DNA of 64,000 nt from contig NIVC01000396.1 in the NCBI GenBank assembly GCA_002269645.1, forward strand, positions 248,001 through 312,000, in the 5' to 3' direction. How positions within the stretch are numbered: the first letter of the stretch is position 1; every line of letters starts with the position of its first letter. Shown here in pieces: positions 1 through 12,325 of the stretch. Under the pieces are notes generated by a model that was not told the origin of the DNA, did not search any database, and was given only the letters and a program-made list of their open reading frames with translations. A program made the translations under genes and the position numbers. The DNA comes from Macrostomum lignano. Its lineage: Eukaryota.

Positions 1-242
1 GCCTTCTGGTCGGAGCAGAACGCCAGGTCGATGCCGCACAGAGCGCGGCCGGAGTTGCCGCCGCCTCGTTTGCTTCTGTTGCCTCCGCTGTAGCCGCTGC
101 TCTTCCCGGCATCGGCTGCAGAATCTTCTTTGGCAGGCTCCACTGCGACTGCTTCGGCGGCGGCGGTGGCGCTGCCGCTAGCAGATTCCATCGGCTCCTC
201 CTTGTCAGCACCGTTGCAGTCCCGTTTCTCTGATGACGACAT
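1..242 (-). CDS. 5' part of an unidentified gene running off the left edge (MSSSEKRDCNGADKEEPMESAS...GRALCGIDLAFCSDQK)
   Basis: ATG at 242-240 opens a stop-free, GC-rich frame to the window edge, with composition like the other exons. No domain recognised. Confidence 0.45.
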   Translation of the reverse strand, partial: MSSSEKRDCNGADKEEPMESASGSATAAAEAVAVEPAKEDSAADAGKSSGYSGGNRSKRGGGNSGRALCGIDLAFCSDQK

Positions 243-416
243 TTGGGAAAGCTGACTAATAGTCTAATGAAAGACTGGCTGAAATGCCCAGAGTGCGTTA
301 CGTGATTTGATAAGAGATTAATAAATTTTTTTAAATAAAGTAATCATTGATTCTCTTGAATTTCATCGCATAATGTATCACAGAGATTATGAGGACATTA
401 GATTAGATTTTTAGTA

Positions 417-870
417 TATGGAGATTATCCTACGCTTGATAAGGAGATTGATATGGAGATTATCCTACACTTGATAAGGAGATTGATATGGAGATTATCC
501 TACACTTGATAAGGAGATTGATATGGAGATTATCCTACACTTGATAAGGAGATTGATATGGAGATTATCCTACGCTTGATAAGGAGATTGATATGGAGAT
601 TTAGCGGAATGGGCGACCCTCGCCTCCCCGCTGTGTCTACGGACCACCCTGCAGCTAAAAGATATGGAGATTATCCTACACTTGATAAGGAGATTGATAT
701 GGAGATTATCCTACGCTTGATAAGGAGATTGATATGGAGATTATCCTACGCTTGATAAGGAGATTGATATGGAGATTATCCTACGCTTGATAAGGAGATT
801 GATATGGAGATTATCCTACGCTTGATAAGGAGATTGATATGGAGATTATCCTACACTTGATAAGGAGACT
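417..870. repeat. 35-bp minisatellite (GGAGATTATCCTACACTTGATAAGGAGATTGATAT)n, decaying to about 1010
   Basis: Direct tandem copies, interrupted once at 602-660. Confidence 0.95.
602..660 (+). mobile_element. 59-bp micro-element, copy 1, with 12-bp TSD GATATGGAGATT (590-601, 661-672)
   Basis: 602-658 matches 46024-46080 at 55/57 nt. Flanked by a direct duplication of host repeat sequence. Ends in CTAAAA. Confidence 0.8.
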
Positions 871-1604
871 ATCCTACAGTCAAGGAGATTAGCTAACAAT
901 CTAGGAAGGAGATTATCCCGCAGTCTATAAGGAGATGATTATCCTTCGGCTGATAAGGAGATTATCCTACAGTTGATACGGAGATTATCTAACAGTTTAG
1001 AAGGAGATTATCCGAGAGTTTGCACCGAAATCTGTTTGCCGTGAAATGCAACAAGCAACAAAGACTAGCACGATTTTTAGCCAATTGAATATAACAATCG
1101 TAACTAAGATATTGAATTATGAATAGCATCGCAGAATTGTCATACACAATATCAATTATTCGCATATACGAAACAAGTGACTGGATTTTCGATTTTTGAT
1201 AAACAATGCTTTGATCATCTTTAGCGATCAAAAATAACAGACAAGAGCAGCAAAGACAACAAATCAATACAACTTTATCGATTCAACTTAAAACAATTTA
1301 GCAGAAGTTGAAACGCAATCAACTAAAATCAGGCAAATAGGAAAACGCTTAATCCACAGCATACTACTAAAGTTAATGATTGAAATTGAGTAGAATCTGG
1401 AGAAAATTAGAGCAGTTTACATTTTCTTGTTTAGTTCCAAAAATCATGATGACGGGCGGTAAAAAGATGGAAAACATCTAGAATTAAAAACAACTATTTA
1501 ATTTCGCCCGGCCCTGCATCTCTCTGTGAGTACTATAGAAATTATTTCCCTATGTAACTGTAGGAAAAAATCCCGCCTTTAGCGATTAAGTGAGGGATGA
1601 TTAC

Positions 1605-2365
1605 CCCTTGGATACTGTCAGATTCTGGTAGGGGATTTCCCTTGGATACTGTCAGATTCTGGTAGGGGATTTCTCTTGGATACTGTCAGATTCTGGTAGG
1701 GGATTTCCCTTGGATACTCTCAGATTCTGGTAGGGGATTTCCCTTGGATACTGTCAGATTCTGGTAGGGGATTTCCCTTGGATACTGTCAGATTCTGGTA
1801 GGGGATTTCCCTTGGATACTCTCAGATTCTGGTAGGGGATTTCTCTTGGATACTGTCAGATTCTGGTAGGGGATTTCCCTTGGATACTCTCAGATTCTGG
1901 TAGGGGATTTCCCTTGGATACTGTCAGATTCTGGTAGGGGATTTCCCTTGGATACTGTCAGATTCTGGTAGGGGATTTCCCTTGGATACTGTCAGATTCT
2001 GGTAGGGGATTTCCCTTGGATACTGTCAGATTCTGGTAGGGGATTTCCCTTGGATACTGTCAGATTCTGGTAGGGGATTTCCCTTGGATACTGTCAGATT
2101 CTGGTAGGGGATTTCCCTTGGATACTGTCAGATTCTGGTAGGGGATTTCCCTTGGATACTGTCAGATTCTGGTAGGGGATTTCCCTTGGATACTCTCAGA
2201 TTCTGGTAGGGGATTTCCCTTGGATACTCTCAGATTCTGGTAGGGGATTTCCCTTGGATACTGTCAGATTCTGGTAGGGGATTTCCCTTGGATACTCTCA
2301 GATTCTGATAGGGGATTTCCCTTGGATACTCTCAGATTCTGGTAGGGTTTCCCTTGGATACGGTC
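1605..2365. repeat. 34-bp minisatellite (CCCTTGGATACTGTCAGATTCTGGTAGGGGATTT)n
   Basis: About 22 near-identical tandem units with no spacers. Confidence 0.95.
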
Positions 2366-2613
2366 AGATTCTGTTTTACGGTCAGTCTGATACAAAGAGC
2401 CTAGAATTTTTAGTATATTGGATTAACCTGTAGATTGGATCATATAGCGATTGCCCTTACAGAGAGATCTAATACGCTTTTAAGGGGTATTATAATTCTA
2501 ATAGAAATCTAACAGAGAAATCAGTAAGACTAAATAAGCATCCAATGGAGACACTAAGAATGTGACTAAGCGCAGTTTTCTTCCATTGCAGGCAGCAAAA
2601 CCAAAGGAAAGCG

Positions 2614-2814
2614 TCAAGACATTTCCCGACTCGGACTGCCGCCCAACGAGTCGAACAGGTCGGCAGAGAAGCGCAACAGGCTGGCATTGTCGGCCAGGCC
2701 GGAGGTGTCCAAGAATTGGCGGGACAGCAGCAGGGCGGCGGTAGAGTTGATCAGCGGCAGCACCTTCAACAGGGGCAGGGTCCGCTCGTGCAGGGACGCG
2801 TCTGAATTGAGGCC
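2614..2814 (-). CDS. PEX3: PEX3 exon 4 (last): GLNSDASLHERTLPLLKVLPLIN...LRFSADLFDSLGGSPSREMS*
   Basis: AG acceptor at 2816-2815, phase 0, TGA at 2616-2614. Resembles the PEX3 C-terminus (human SLPLAKIIPIVN...FAANVYEAF). Confidence 0.8.
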   Translation of the reverse strand, partial: GLNSDASLHERTLPLLKVLPLINSTAALLLSRQFLDTSGLADNASLLRFSADLFDSLGGSPSREMS

Positions 2815-3434
2815 CTGGATTCAGTGGGGGGGGGGGTGGCCAGTTATTTAGTTACAAACATTGCAATGATTTGCAGGAGCAAGCAGTCACGCTCATCCAC
2901 TCGTGACAGCGACCCAGACTTTCTCATTCATTGTCAGGCATGTTAAGGGTTTGGCCTTCATAACAAATTAATGTGGCTGCGCCCTCTACAAGAATACCAT
3001 CAAGCAAAAGTGAGCATTTGCTCTTCACAGTTGAAACGTGCACTGAATTTATTAGAAAGCCCGAAGCGGCCAAAAGTTTTTCCTGGCCTGGGACAGAGTT
3101 TGCTCAAACTGAGCGACTATCCAGTCTATTCTGCCAAGTGAAGAAATAATCTTATCAATTTAATTAAATGAGGCCAGTTTCGTGTCAGAGGCAAGAACAG
3201 AAACGAGAATACAGAAATCTGCTTTTAACGCATATGATTAGTTAAAAGTACACAAAAAAGAAGACTTATTAACGAAAGGAACGAAATATTCAATAGCTCA
3301 TTTAAAGTATCGATAGTTTAATAACTATTGGGATTTCAATAAATCTGCAGCTTCAGGCCAGAGAGACTAAAAAATGCGACACACAAGCGCACGAGTTCAC
3401 ATACAGGCTGACAGGCGTTCTCTGTTACACCCAC

Positions 3435-3881
3435 CTGATAGTGCGCGGTGAACACTCGCAGCAGCGCCATGCCGGCAGAGTCCAGCAGCTGCTTGAGCAC
3501 TCGGCCGGCCTCCGCTGAACGGAGCCGGGCGTCGGCCTCCGAGCAGAGCCGCTGGAGCAGCAGCTCGTCCCGTTGAAGGCCGCGACCGTCGTCGCCGGCT
3601 TCTCGCTGCAGCTGGCGCTGGCTGTCCATCAGGCTGTCGCGCAGGCTGGGCAGCAGGCGGGCCGCTGGAGCCGGCGAGGCGGCCGCGTCCGACTCGGGCG
3701 CCTGCAGCTTGGCCTCGAAGCCCACACGGAGCCGGTGCAGCAGGGAGTCCAGCCGGCGGAGGCCGAATTTCTCTCGGACATCCAGGCCGGCGCATTCGGC
3801 CAGGCAGTGCGACTCCAGCTGGCCGGCCAGGTCGGACACGTGCGACCGGGTGTCCAGCAGGCCGAGGAACCGGATCTTCAC
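3435..3881 (-). CDS. PEX3: PEX3 exon 3
   Basis: Acceptor CGCAG| and donor CAG|GTGGGT, 149 codons. LCSEADARLRSAEAGRVLKQLLDSAG resembles human [25 protein letters not shown]. Confidence 0.8.
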
Positions 3882-4144
3882 CTGCGGCGTGGGGGGGGGG
3901 AGGATAAGCTGAGCGGCACCTATGGGGATTCAGTGCTGCGGCTGCTGCCCACCAACCGCTTGTTGGTTGAGCTCCCCATCCCCGATGAAGACGGTATTCA
4001 GGCCAAGAAGCGCCCCCAGAATCGTTGCAGATAACGCAGGTAAAAAAGGTCTATGAGAATTCCCCACAGGAAGTTTCCCGCCGAGATTTTCCTGCAGAGG
4101 GGTTTTCCAGTTGGAATTTCAAGTGAAATAAAGTCGGATTTGAA

Positions 4145-4525
4145 ATCTAGTCTAGTCTAGTTCTAATCTAGTCTATTTAATGCCTATTCTAGTCTAGTCT
4201 AGTTCTAATCTAGTCTAGTCTAGTTTAATGTATAGTTTAGTCTAGCCTAGTTCGAATCTAATCTAGTTAAGTATTGTCTAGTTAATGTCTAGTCTAGTCT
4301 AGTCAATGTCTAGTCTAGTTAATGTATAGTTTAGTCTAGTCTAGTCTAGTCAATGTCTAGTCTAGTTAATGCATAGTTTAGTCTAGTCTAGTCTAGTTAA
4401 TGTCTAGTCTAGTTTAGTCTAGTTCTAATCTAGTCTAGTCTAGCTCTAATCTAGTCTAGTCTAGTTCAAATCTAATCTAGTCTAGTTAATATCTAGTCTA
4501 GTCTAGTTCTAATCTAGTCCAGCAT
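4145..4525. repeat. degenerate (TCTAG)n pentanucleotide satellite in PEX3 intron 2
   Basis: Tandem TCTAG/GTCTA units. Confidence 0.9.
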
Positions 4526-4617
4526 TGTCTATAGACTATTGTTTATATAGGATTTGAATTGAAATTCCGACTGGAAAAAAGTCTCGCGGGAAAATTCTCG
4601 TGTTTCCCGAAAAAATA

Positions 4618-5153
4618 CACTACGGAGATAGGAAGTTTTCATTTTTTCAGCACAAAAATTGTTATTGCGTTTGATAGGAGGCAGATCCAGTGTTCATCTT
4701 TTGATATGTTGTGCCTTTTTTATTGCTCTATCGATATTTATAAAGCTTTTCGTTTAGAAAATTAGGATTCTATGTTAATTTTTTATTCTACGTATATTTC
4801 CTGTATCTAGAAATCACAAAAATGCATGACACAGCTCCAATATTTGGTTTTATGAACCTATTTTATCATCTCTGTTACAAATATTTGCTACACAGTCGGG
4901 TAAGAATGATAAAATAGACTCATGAAGCTAAGGAGCCGAGCCGTGGCATTCTAATGTATTTCAAGCACAAGACACGCGAAACATACGTAGAATAAAAAAT
5001 TAACATAGAATCCTAATCCGAAAAGCTTTATAAATATCGATAGAGCAATAATAAAGGCACAACATATCAAAAGATGAGCACTGGATCTGCCTCCTATCAA
5101 ACGCAATAACAATTTTTGTGCTGAAAAAATGAAAACTTCCTATCTCCGTAGTG
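4618..5153. mobile_element. non-autonomous MITE/foldback element, about 175-bp TIRs, TA TSD
   Basis: 4618-4795 is the near-perfect reverse complement of 4983-5153 (one short indel, few substitutions). Ends are TA|CACTACGGAG...CTCCGTAGTG|TA. No ORF. Confidence 0.85.
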
Positions 5154-5258
5154 TATAAGTGCCTTCAAAACTTTTCTAAGAAACGAGGTTTCCCGTCCTT
5201 CTACTTAAGTCGTCCTTGATTTGAGGCGTGCTAGAATTCCTGTAGAGTGTACAGTCAC

Positions 5259-5516
5259 CTCCTCGCTGATCTCGTGCTGCCGCCGATTCCGACTATCAGA
5301 CGCGTCGCCGTCCTCATTAACAGCGGCGCCGGCGGCGTCCCGCTTCTGCTGGCAGAGCAGGCCAGCCAGTAGGTGCAGCTGGACATGGGCGCACAGCAAA
5401 GAGCCGCAGGACGCATAGACGCTGGCCAATAATCGGGCGAATGCGCGGGCGCGCAATTGGTCGCAGAGCTCGGCGCGCCGATCTGGCGCCGGTTTGGTGC
5501 GCAGCTCCGCCGTGAT
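5259..5516 (-). CDS. PEX3: PEX3 exon 2
   Basis: Acceptor GCAG|ATC and donor GAG|GTGACT, 86 codons. ITAELRTKPAPDRRAELCDQLRARAFARLLASVY...HVQLHLLAG resembles human [32 protein letters not shown]...RVQLNIIGG. Confidence 0.85.
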
Positions 5517-5607
5517 CTGCGCAGCAGGAACAAAGGAGGGGTGACGTAATTTTGTTACCTGCAGGCTTGACATAACTGTACCTCATGCACTAATTAACAA
5601 CAAATAC

Positions 5608-6790
5608 ACCTGAGCTCCCATCCCCAACACACACCTGCTGCTGCAGAGCTCCCATCCCCAACACACACCTGCTGCTGCTGAGCTCCCATCCCCAACACAC
5701 ACCTGCTGCTGCTGAGCTCCCATCCCCAACACACACCTGCTGCTGCTGAGCTCCCATCCCCAACACACACCTGCTGCTGCTGAGCTCCCATCCCCAGCAC
5801 ACACCTGCTGCTGCAGAGCTCCCATCCCCAACACACACCTGCTGCTGCTGAGCTCCCATCCCCAACACACACCTGCTGCTGCTGAGCTCCCATCCCCAAC
5901 ACACACCTGCTGCTGCTGAGCTCCCATCCCCAACACACACCTGCTGCTGCTGAGCTCCCATCCCCAACACACACCTGCTGCTGCTGAGCTCCCATCCCCA
6001 ACACACACCTGCTGCTGCTGAGCTCCCATCCCCAACACACACCTGCTGCTGCTGAGCTTTCATCTCCAACACACACCTGCTGCTGCTGAGCTCCCATCCC
6101 CAACACACACCTGCTGCTGCTGAGCTCCCATCCCCAACACACACCTGCTGCTGCTGAGCTCCCATCCCCAACACACACCTGCTGCTGCTGAGCTCCCATC
6201 CCCAACACACACCTGCTGCTGCTGAGCTCCCATCCCCAACACACACCTGCTGCTGCTGAGCTCCCATCCCCAACACACACCTGCTGCTGCTGAGCTCCCA
6301 TCCCCAACACACACCTGCTGCTGCTGAGCTCCCATCCCCAACACACACCTGCCGCTGCTGAGCTCCCATCCCCAACACACACCTGCTGCTGCTGAGCTCC
6401 CATCCCCAACACACACCTGCTGCTGCTGAGCTCCCATCCCCAGCACACACCTGCTGCTGCTGAGCTCCCATCCCCAGCACACACCTGCTGCTGCTGAGCT
6501 CCCATCCCCAACACACACCTGCTGCTGCTGAGCTCCCATCCCCAACACACACCTGCTGCTGCTGAGCTCCCATCTCCAGCACACACCTGCTGCTGCTGAG
6601 CTCCCATCTCCAACACACACCTGCTGCTGCTGAGCTCCCATCCCCAACACACACCTGCTGCTGCTGAGCTCCCATCTCCAGCACACACCTGCTGCTGCTG
6701 AGCTCCCATCTCCAACACACACCTGCTGCTGCTGAGCTCCCATCTCCAACACACACCTGCTGCTGCTGAGCTCCCATCCCCAACACACAC
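5608..6790. repeat. 34-bp minisatellite filling PEX3 intron 1, starting exactly at the donor site
   Basis: Minus-strand unit GTGTGTGTTGGGGATGGGAGCTCAGCAGCAGCAG, about 35 copies. Confidence 0.95.
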
Positions 6791-7075
6791 CTGCTCAACG
6801 CCAAGGTCAGCATCCAACTGAGCTGCGATGCCCGGCAACAGGGCGGCAACGGTGGTTGTGCAGTTCCGACCAGTGGAACGGAGAAACTGCGCCCGTTCCA
6901 GCTCGGACAGCAGCGCCGTCACCTCGTCGTCGCCCTGGCCGGCGCCGCGGCGACCGCCCGAGCGGCTGAGCCACCACCAGTGCAGCAGGTAGGCGCCGCC
7001 GCCAACCAGAGCTCCGCCAAGAGCCAGCTTGCCGCGGTGCCGCTTGATGAAACGCCAGGCGCGACCAAGCACCAT
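6791..7075 (-). CDS. PEX3: PEX3 exon 1 (N-terminal membrane-targeting segment)
   Basis: MVLGRAWRFIKRHRGKLALGGALVGGGAYLL resembles human [47 protein letters not shown] resembles FESNQRTCNMTVLSMLP. Donor CAG|GTGTGT. Confidence 0.88.
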
Positions 7076-9089
7076 GACAATAATCGCTTTATTAATTGAT
7101 GATGATTAGACTAATTGCAGTTTGCAAACATGTATATCAAGTGGCTTATAGCTTTCATTCAGTTTAATGCTGAGTTCACGAGTTGGTATCAGAAAAGTTC
7201 AGACAAGAACATGATCTTCGCTACTGTTCCTTTCAGTGCGTAAAGTTAGTTGTTAAAGAGGAATTTTTCACACTGCAAATAAATTTATTCCAAAACCAAA
7301 AATGTTTTTTGTTAAGTATTTATCAGCTGGCATGCATTTTCAGAAGTACTTTTAATTCAGGCTGTTTATGATGTGAGGTGTTCACATTGGGTACTACTGT
7401 CAAATGTAACTAGCAATCTTGTGGTGTATGAGCTGCGACCATCCAGTTGGCATCCAATTCTAGGCTGAGCAAGAGCATCACAAGATTGACCCAACAATAT
7501 GCCATTTCTCAGTCACTCAGCCGCATCTGCACTTACGTTGCTGTCTCAAAGGTGGTCAAATGCAACATTTTCCTATCACTGTTTCACACAGTGTTTGTCA
7601 AAGCACTATTTTTTCAGTGTCATTTGACCTTTTGTGTTACTGCCATACAGCTTAATTTGATGATGAAGATCCTATCAAGTGCAATAAGTGACACGAGTGG
7701 TATCATCATTGCTGCCTTAGCATGAGCATTGCAGCTTTTAAGTGCATGACAAAAAGAAATATAATTCTTTTGTGGTACATGCAAAGCCAATTCTAAGTAA
7801 TACCACCACCTTTGACACAATTGTGCTTAATACCATTTTACAATACTATTTTATCAGTTTATCATTTAATGTTTACAAATTTTTATCATACTTTTTTATC
7901 ATACATATTATCATACTTCGTTGCAATCGAATGAAACAAATATAAACCAAATACATTTCAGGACAAGAGTAAAGATTAAGAACATATAAGGGCAAGTTGT
8001 AGACAAGTGGTTAAAGTATAAATGAATATAGCGCCCTTATAGCTTTTTGTGCTTGCAACAATTTCCATTCATTTTTATTTAAAGCATATTTTATGCATTA
8101 CTACATCTATTTTTTCCTTGGATACTTATTGGCAGTTTGTTCCTTTTCATTATATTCAAATTAGGAATCATTTAAGAAGCAATGGCAAAGGTTTGGGAGA
8201 TGTTTGGGCATTAGAGCTTTCTGTAGGTCTGAGGGCTCCAAAATATGACTCCTAAAAGTCAAAAAGAGGCCCTCAAAAGTTGGAGGAAATCTAAGGTCAA
8301 AATCTGCTGATTCATATATGTATTTATAGCCATGAGGATCATGTGATCATCATATGCATCACGTACAAGTACAACTCTGCTAAGCAGCCATGCTCTGATT
8401 GGCTATAAAATGCTGCAATGGTACATGAGAGTAAGGGAAGAAATAGGGTTGCACAAAAGAACCAATTATTATGATTCACTCATTATAGGTCATATAAAAA
8501 TGACTACATATGCAATAGGCCTTCTTCTTTTAGTAGTTTACATTTCTTAGAAAAGGTATAAATTCAAAAAAGCTAATATTTTGTTTTACTACACGAATAT
8601 TTTGTATACTTTGTATATTTTCTATATTCTTTATATTACTTTTTGTTTGAAATGACAGGAAAAATTATACTATAAATAGAGGCCATTTGAGAGCCTAGCA
8701 AACCAACTTGCTCTTGTCTGTTCCTTGTTGAACAATAAGCAATTCTCAGTTGAGAAGAAATTCCATCAGCCTTGAGCTCGTATTTGCTCGTGTTACTTAT
8801 TTCGAGTAGTAGATAGTAGTTAAGAGTTGCCCCAAAATTGGGAGTTCAGTCCGTTCTCAGAGAACGAGAAATCTAGACTTAGGAGTCTAGTAACCCGCCT
8901 TTAAAAGGCAGAGATCCTACCACAGGGTAGAGAAATCCAGGCTTAGAGTCTGAGAAACCCGCCTCAGGGCAGAATACCCAGCGAAGTGCGCTGTGACCCT
9001 CTGATCCCGGGAACACCCAGGACTGAATCTTTAGAGTATAGGAATAGAATAGACAGTGCCTAAGAGACTGCTCAGGCCCGAAAGTACAA

Positions 9090-9170
9090 TAGAAGTACAG
9101 ACGCTACCAGTAAAAGTACATACGCTACCAATAGAAGTACAGACGCTACCAATAGAAGTACATGCGCTAC
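9090..9170. repeat. 21-bp tandem repeat (AGAAGTACAGACGCTACCAAT), about 4 copies
   Basis: Direct tandem copies. Confidence 0.8.
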
Positions 9171-11204
9171 GAGTAAAAAGCAAATAATACCCAGCAATAT
9201 TGACAAGAAGGAACACCCCTATGACAACTTTGGTGGCAATAGTGGGATATTATTAATAGAGGCAGAAGTAAGCCCTACGTCACATATAAATGACTATTAA
9301 AACATTGCTACAATAAAACTTGTAACACAAAGCCCAAATAATATTTGTAAGGGCAAAAAGTACATTATTGTATACTGTTATAAGAAAATAATGTAACTTA
9401 GGTTGTATGAAAACCCCTATGCAACCCTTTGGCTCTGGTGCTAAAAAGTATAGACACCTATACCTAATAGTATATTCTTCAAATATTTAGTCTCTTTAGC
9501 AATGAACAAATTCTTAGCCAAGAGATATGTATTGTCAGGAAAATAATCTGATCAAATGGTAAAAGTTTGAAGAAAATTGATTAAACCATTTTTAAATTGA
9601 TCATATACATACCTACATAGATACATGTAAATAAATTAAATAGATAGATAGATACCTATAAGATACCAACAAACTATTTTAGTATATTGATTAGAGATTT
9701 AGTACTCATATATTAAAATACCAGTCAAACAAACCTTAGAGATTTAGTATATTGTGATGATTACAAATAATCACAAATGCGATCAAATTTGGTCAAGAAT
9801 TGCAGTCTATAAAGCATTTTACATGGACAGACAGGCAGACAGATTTGAGATTTAATATATAGGATGATCACATAAACAGATGGACTCATTTTTATTATAT
9901 AAGGATTTAGCATATGAATAAGTATATAAGAATAGCCTATTTGCCCCTATCTGCAGGTGGCTCCTTAGCATTGTAGCCCTTGTTTATAAGCAGTTTTTGT
10001 ATAGTCCCTAAGCAAATGGCCCTAATCTCCAAACAATTCTATAGTAATCTATAATTAGTTTTACACAAACTCTATTGAGACTGAGAAAGCTCCAACAAGT
10101 TAGGCCCATGTTCCTCAATGTTTTCAAATTTATGATATCAATTTGATTATATTCCTTTTATAATTATATATTACTTATTATATAAGTTCAATACTGTTTT
10201 AGCAATATTAAACTTCACTAGCATTGTGTAATAAATCTGATGCAACTACTATCAAATTAGCACTGCTCTCTTAGATTAGAACCACTCCTAGATTTAGCAC
10301 TACTCTAACCTAGATTAGCAACACTCATAAATTATATGCAAATGGGCAACTACCATTATTGTCTTAGAAGTTGAAAGTTAACCTCCCAAAAATTGGCAGT
10401 TATCCCCATCACAAACTGAAATTATCCCTTCTAATCTCATAAAACAGACAGCAATAATATTTTTAGCAGGCTGCAGTTATTCTTGTTGCAGTCTACAACT
10501 CTTATTAACATTAAGCATTTATCCCCTTAGTAACCTAGAGTTGATTATCCTCTTAGCAAAACATAATAATTCACTAAATTTCCACTAGAGTTCCACTATA
10601 ACCATTTTTTCCTATACTTTCTATAACTTCTAAATAGAAATAAGTAGAAATTCTACTGCTTGAACAAGCTATAAGGACCACAGAGGCAAGGCCAAAGGCA
10701 AACTGGGTTTTTTGGTCCCTTGAAAATCTCATTGGCAACTGGATTTTTGGCATCAGAGGCCAATCTAGCAACTTTATTTTCCCCATACCAGTTGCCAATT
10801 TCAAAAAATGATTTTGTAAATGTATAAAAGTGCCATACGAATCAATATGATAGAATTGTTAGTTTGTTATTGTTTGTAACATAGATAGCTGTCTTAGAGT
10901 TGAGAAAACAAATTTCTGCTTTTCAAACATAGCCTTGGAAATATCCATCTTCAAGAATTTGGCTAGTTGCCAATGAGCAACTGAAAATAGCCAGTTGCAA
11001 CTAGATTTTGAGCCCCAAGGGCCAGCTGGCAACTAGATTTCTAACCTTAAAAAACTCAGAAGGCAAATGTCCTCTCTTCTATCCCTTATATTCCCTCTCT
11101 TCTCTTCTTTCCCCTCTCTTGTCTGCTCTTTTTTCTGTCCTCTCTCTCCTCTTTATTCCCTTCTACCCTCTTTTTCTTTTCCTTTTCACTACTTAAGATT
11201 ATTG

Positions 11205-11565
11205 CACTTGGCAAACCAAGGATTATTGCACTTGATAAGCCAAGGATTATTGCTCTTAATAAACCAAGGATTACTGCACTCAATAAGCCAAGGATTATTG
11301 CTCTTAATAAACCAAGGATTACTGCACTTGATAAGCCAAGATTATTGCACTTGATAAACCAAGGATTCTTTCTATCCAGGGATGCTTGCTATCTGGGGGA
11401 TGCTTGCTATCTGGAGGATGTTTGCTATCTGGGGGGATGCTTGCTATCTGGAGGGGATTCTTGCTATCTTGGGGATGCTTGCTGTCTGTGGGGATGCTTG
11501 CTATCTGGGGAATGTTTGCTATTTGGGGGATGCTTGCTATCTAGGGGGATTCTTGCTGTCTTTGG
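11205..11565. repeat. two adjacent minisatellites: 24-bp (CCAAGGATTATTGCACTTGATAAG) and about 19-20-bp (GGGATGCTTGCTATCTGGG)
   Basis: Direct tandem copies at 11205-11365 and 11378-11565. Confidence 0.85.
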
Positions 11566-12325
11566 GGATGTTTTCAAACTAGATGGAATGTCTATTATCT
11601 TTGTAAAAACTTTATTTCATTGTCTTTATGGCAATGGCCTAATCATCAGTTGGTTTTACAAGAATCCTCCTTTGCAATCTAGCCTTCTTTGATAATGGCA
11701 GATACTAGGTGGCTTCTTCTTTGTTTTCATTTATCTTAGCTTAAATCTATAGTTCTCCTTAGTAGCCTACAATCATTCCTAGTCTACAACTAGTACTATT
11801 CCTTTGATAATTCTTATTTATTCCCTCAGAAGTCAGAGCATTTATTTCCTTTTATTGGACACAAGCTCCTTAGTATCCTTAACAAACTACAATGATCATT
11901 TCAACAATAAAAATATTTCTTACCATTTAATAACAATGACTTAGGCATTTAGGCTATAGAAGACTAAAATATTGAAGGGATGGACAGACAGACAAAAAGA
12001 CAGATGGATCTTAGAGATTTACATATAGGCCCTAGCCTAGTATATTATAATAATAACAATGCCCTTTTTAGTCCTAGAATAGGGACTCTAGTGAGATTTT
12101 GAAAGTTCAAAAATTTTTTTAATGCATACATCTTTTAAACTATAACAGCTTTCCAAAATGATCTTATTTAAAAAGTTTGATTTAGGAATAAAAATGTTAT
12201 TGTGCTTTTTGTTAAAAAAAATGGCTGTTTTTAGATAGGAAAAGCAAACATCACTGCTTCTAGCTTTTCCTATCACTGGCTATCCATGCTCTCATGCCCT
12301 GTTAGTCCCCAGTTGGCCTCAATAC

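Noticed and set aside
602-660. Micro-element as a sequencing adapter, spliced-leader RNA or hammerhead ribozyme
   Set aside because: It does not resemble the PacBio/ONT adapters or flatworm SL sequences I recall, has no CUGAUGA/GAAA core, and carries TSDs and copy-specific substitutions.
5583-6849. Long ORFs of QQQQVCVGDG… repeats
   Set aside because: Products of a stop-free 34-bp minisatellite. Only 6791-7075 is PEX3 coding.
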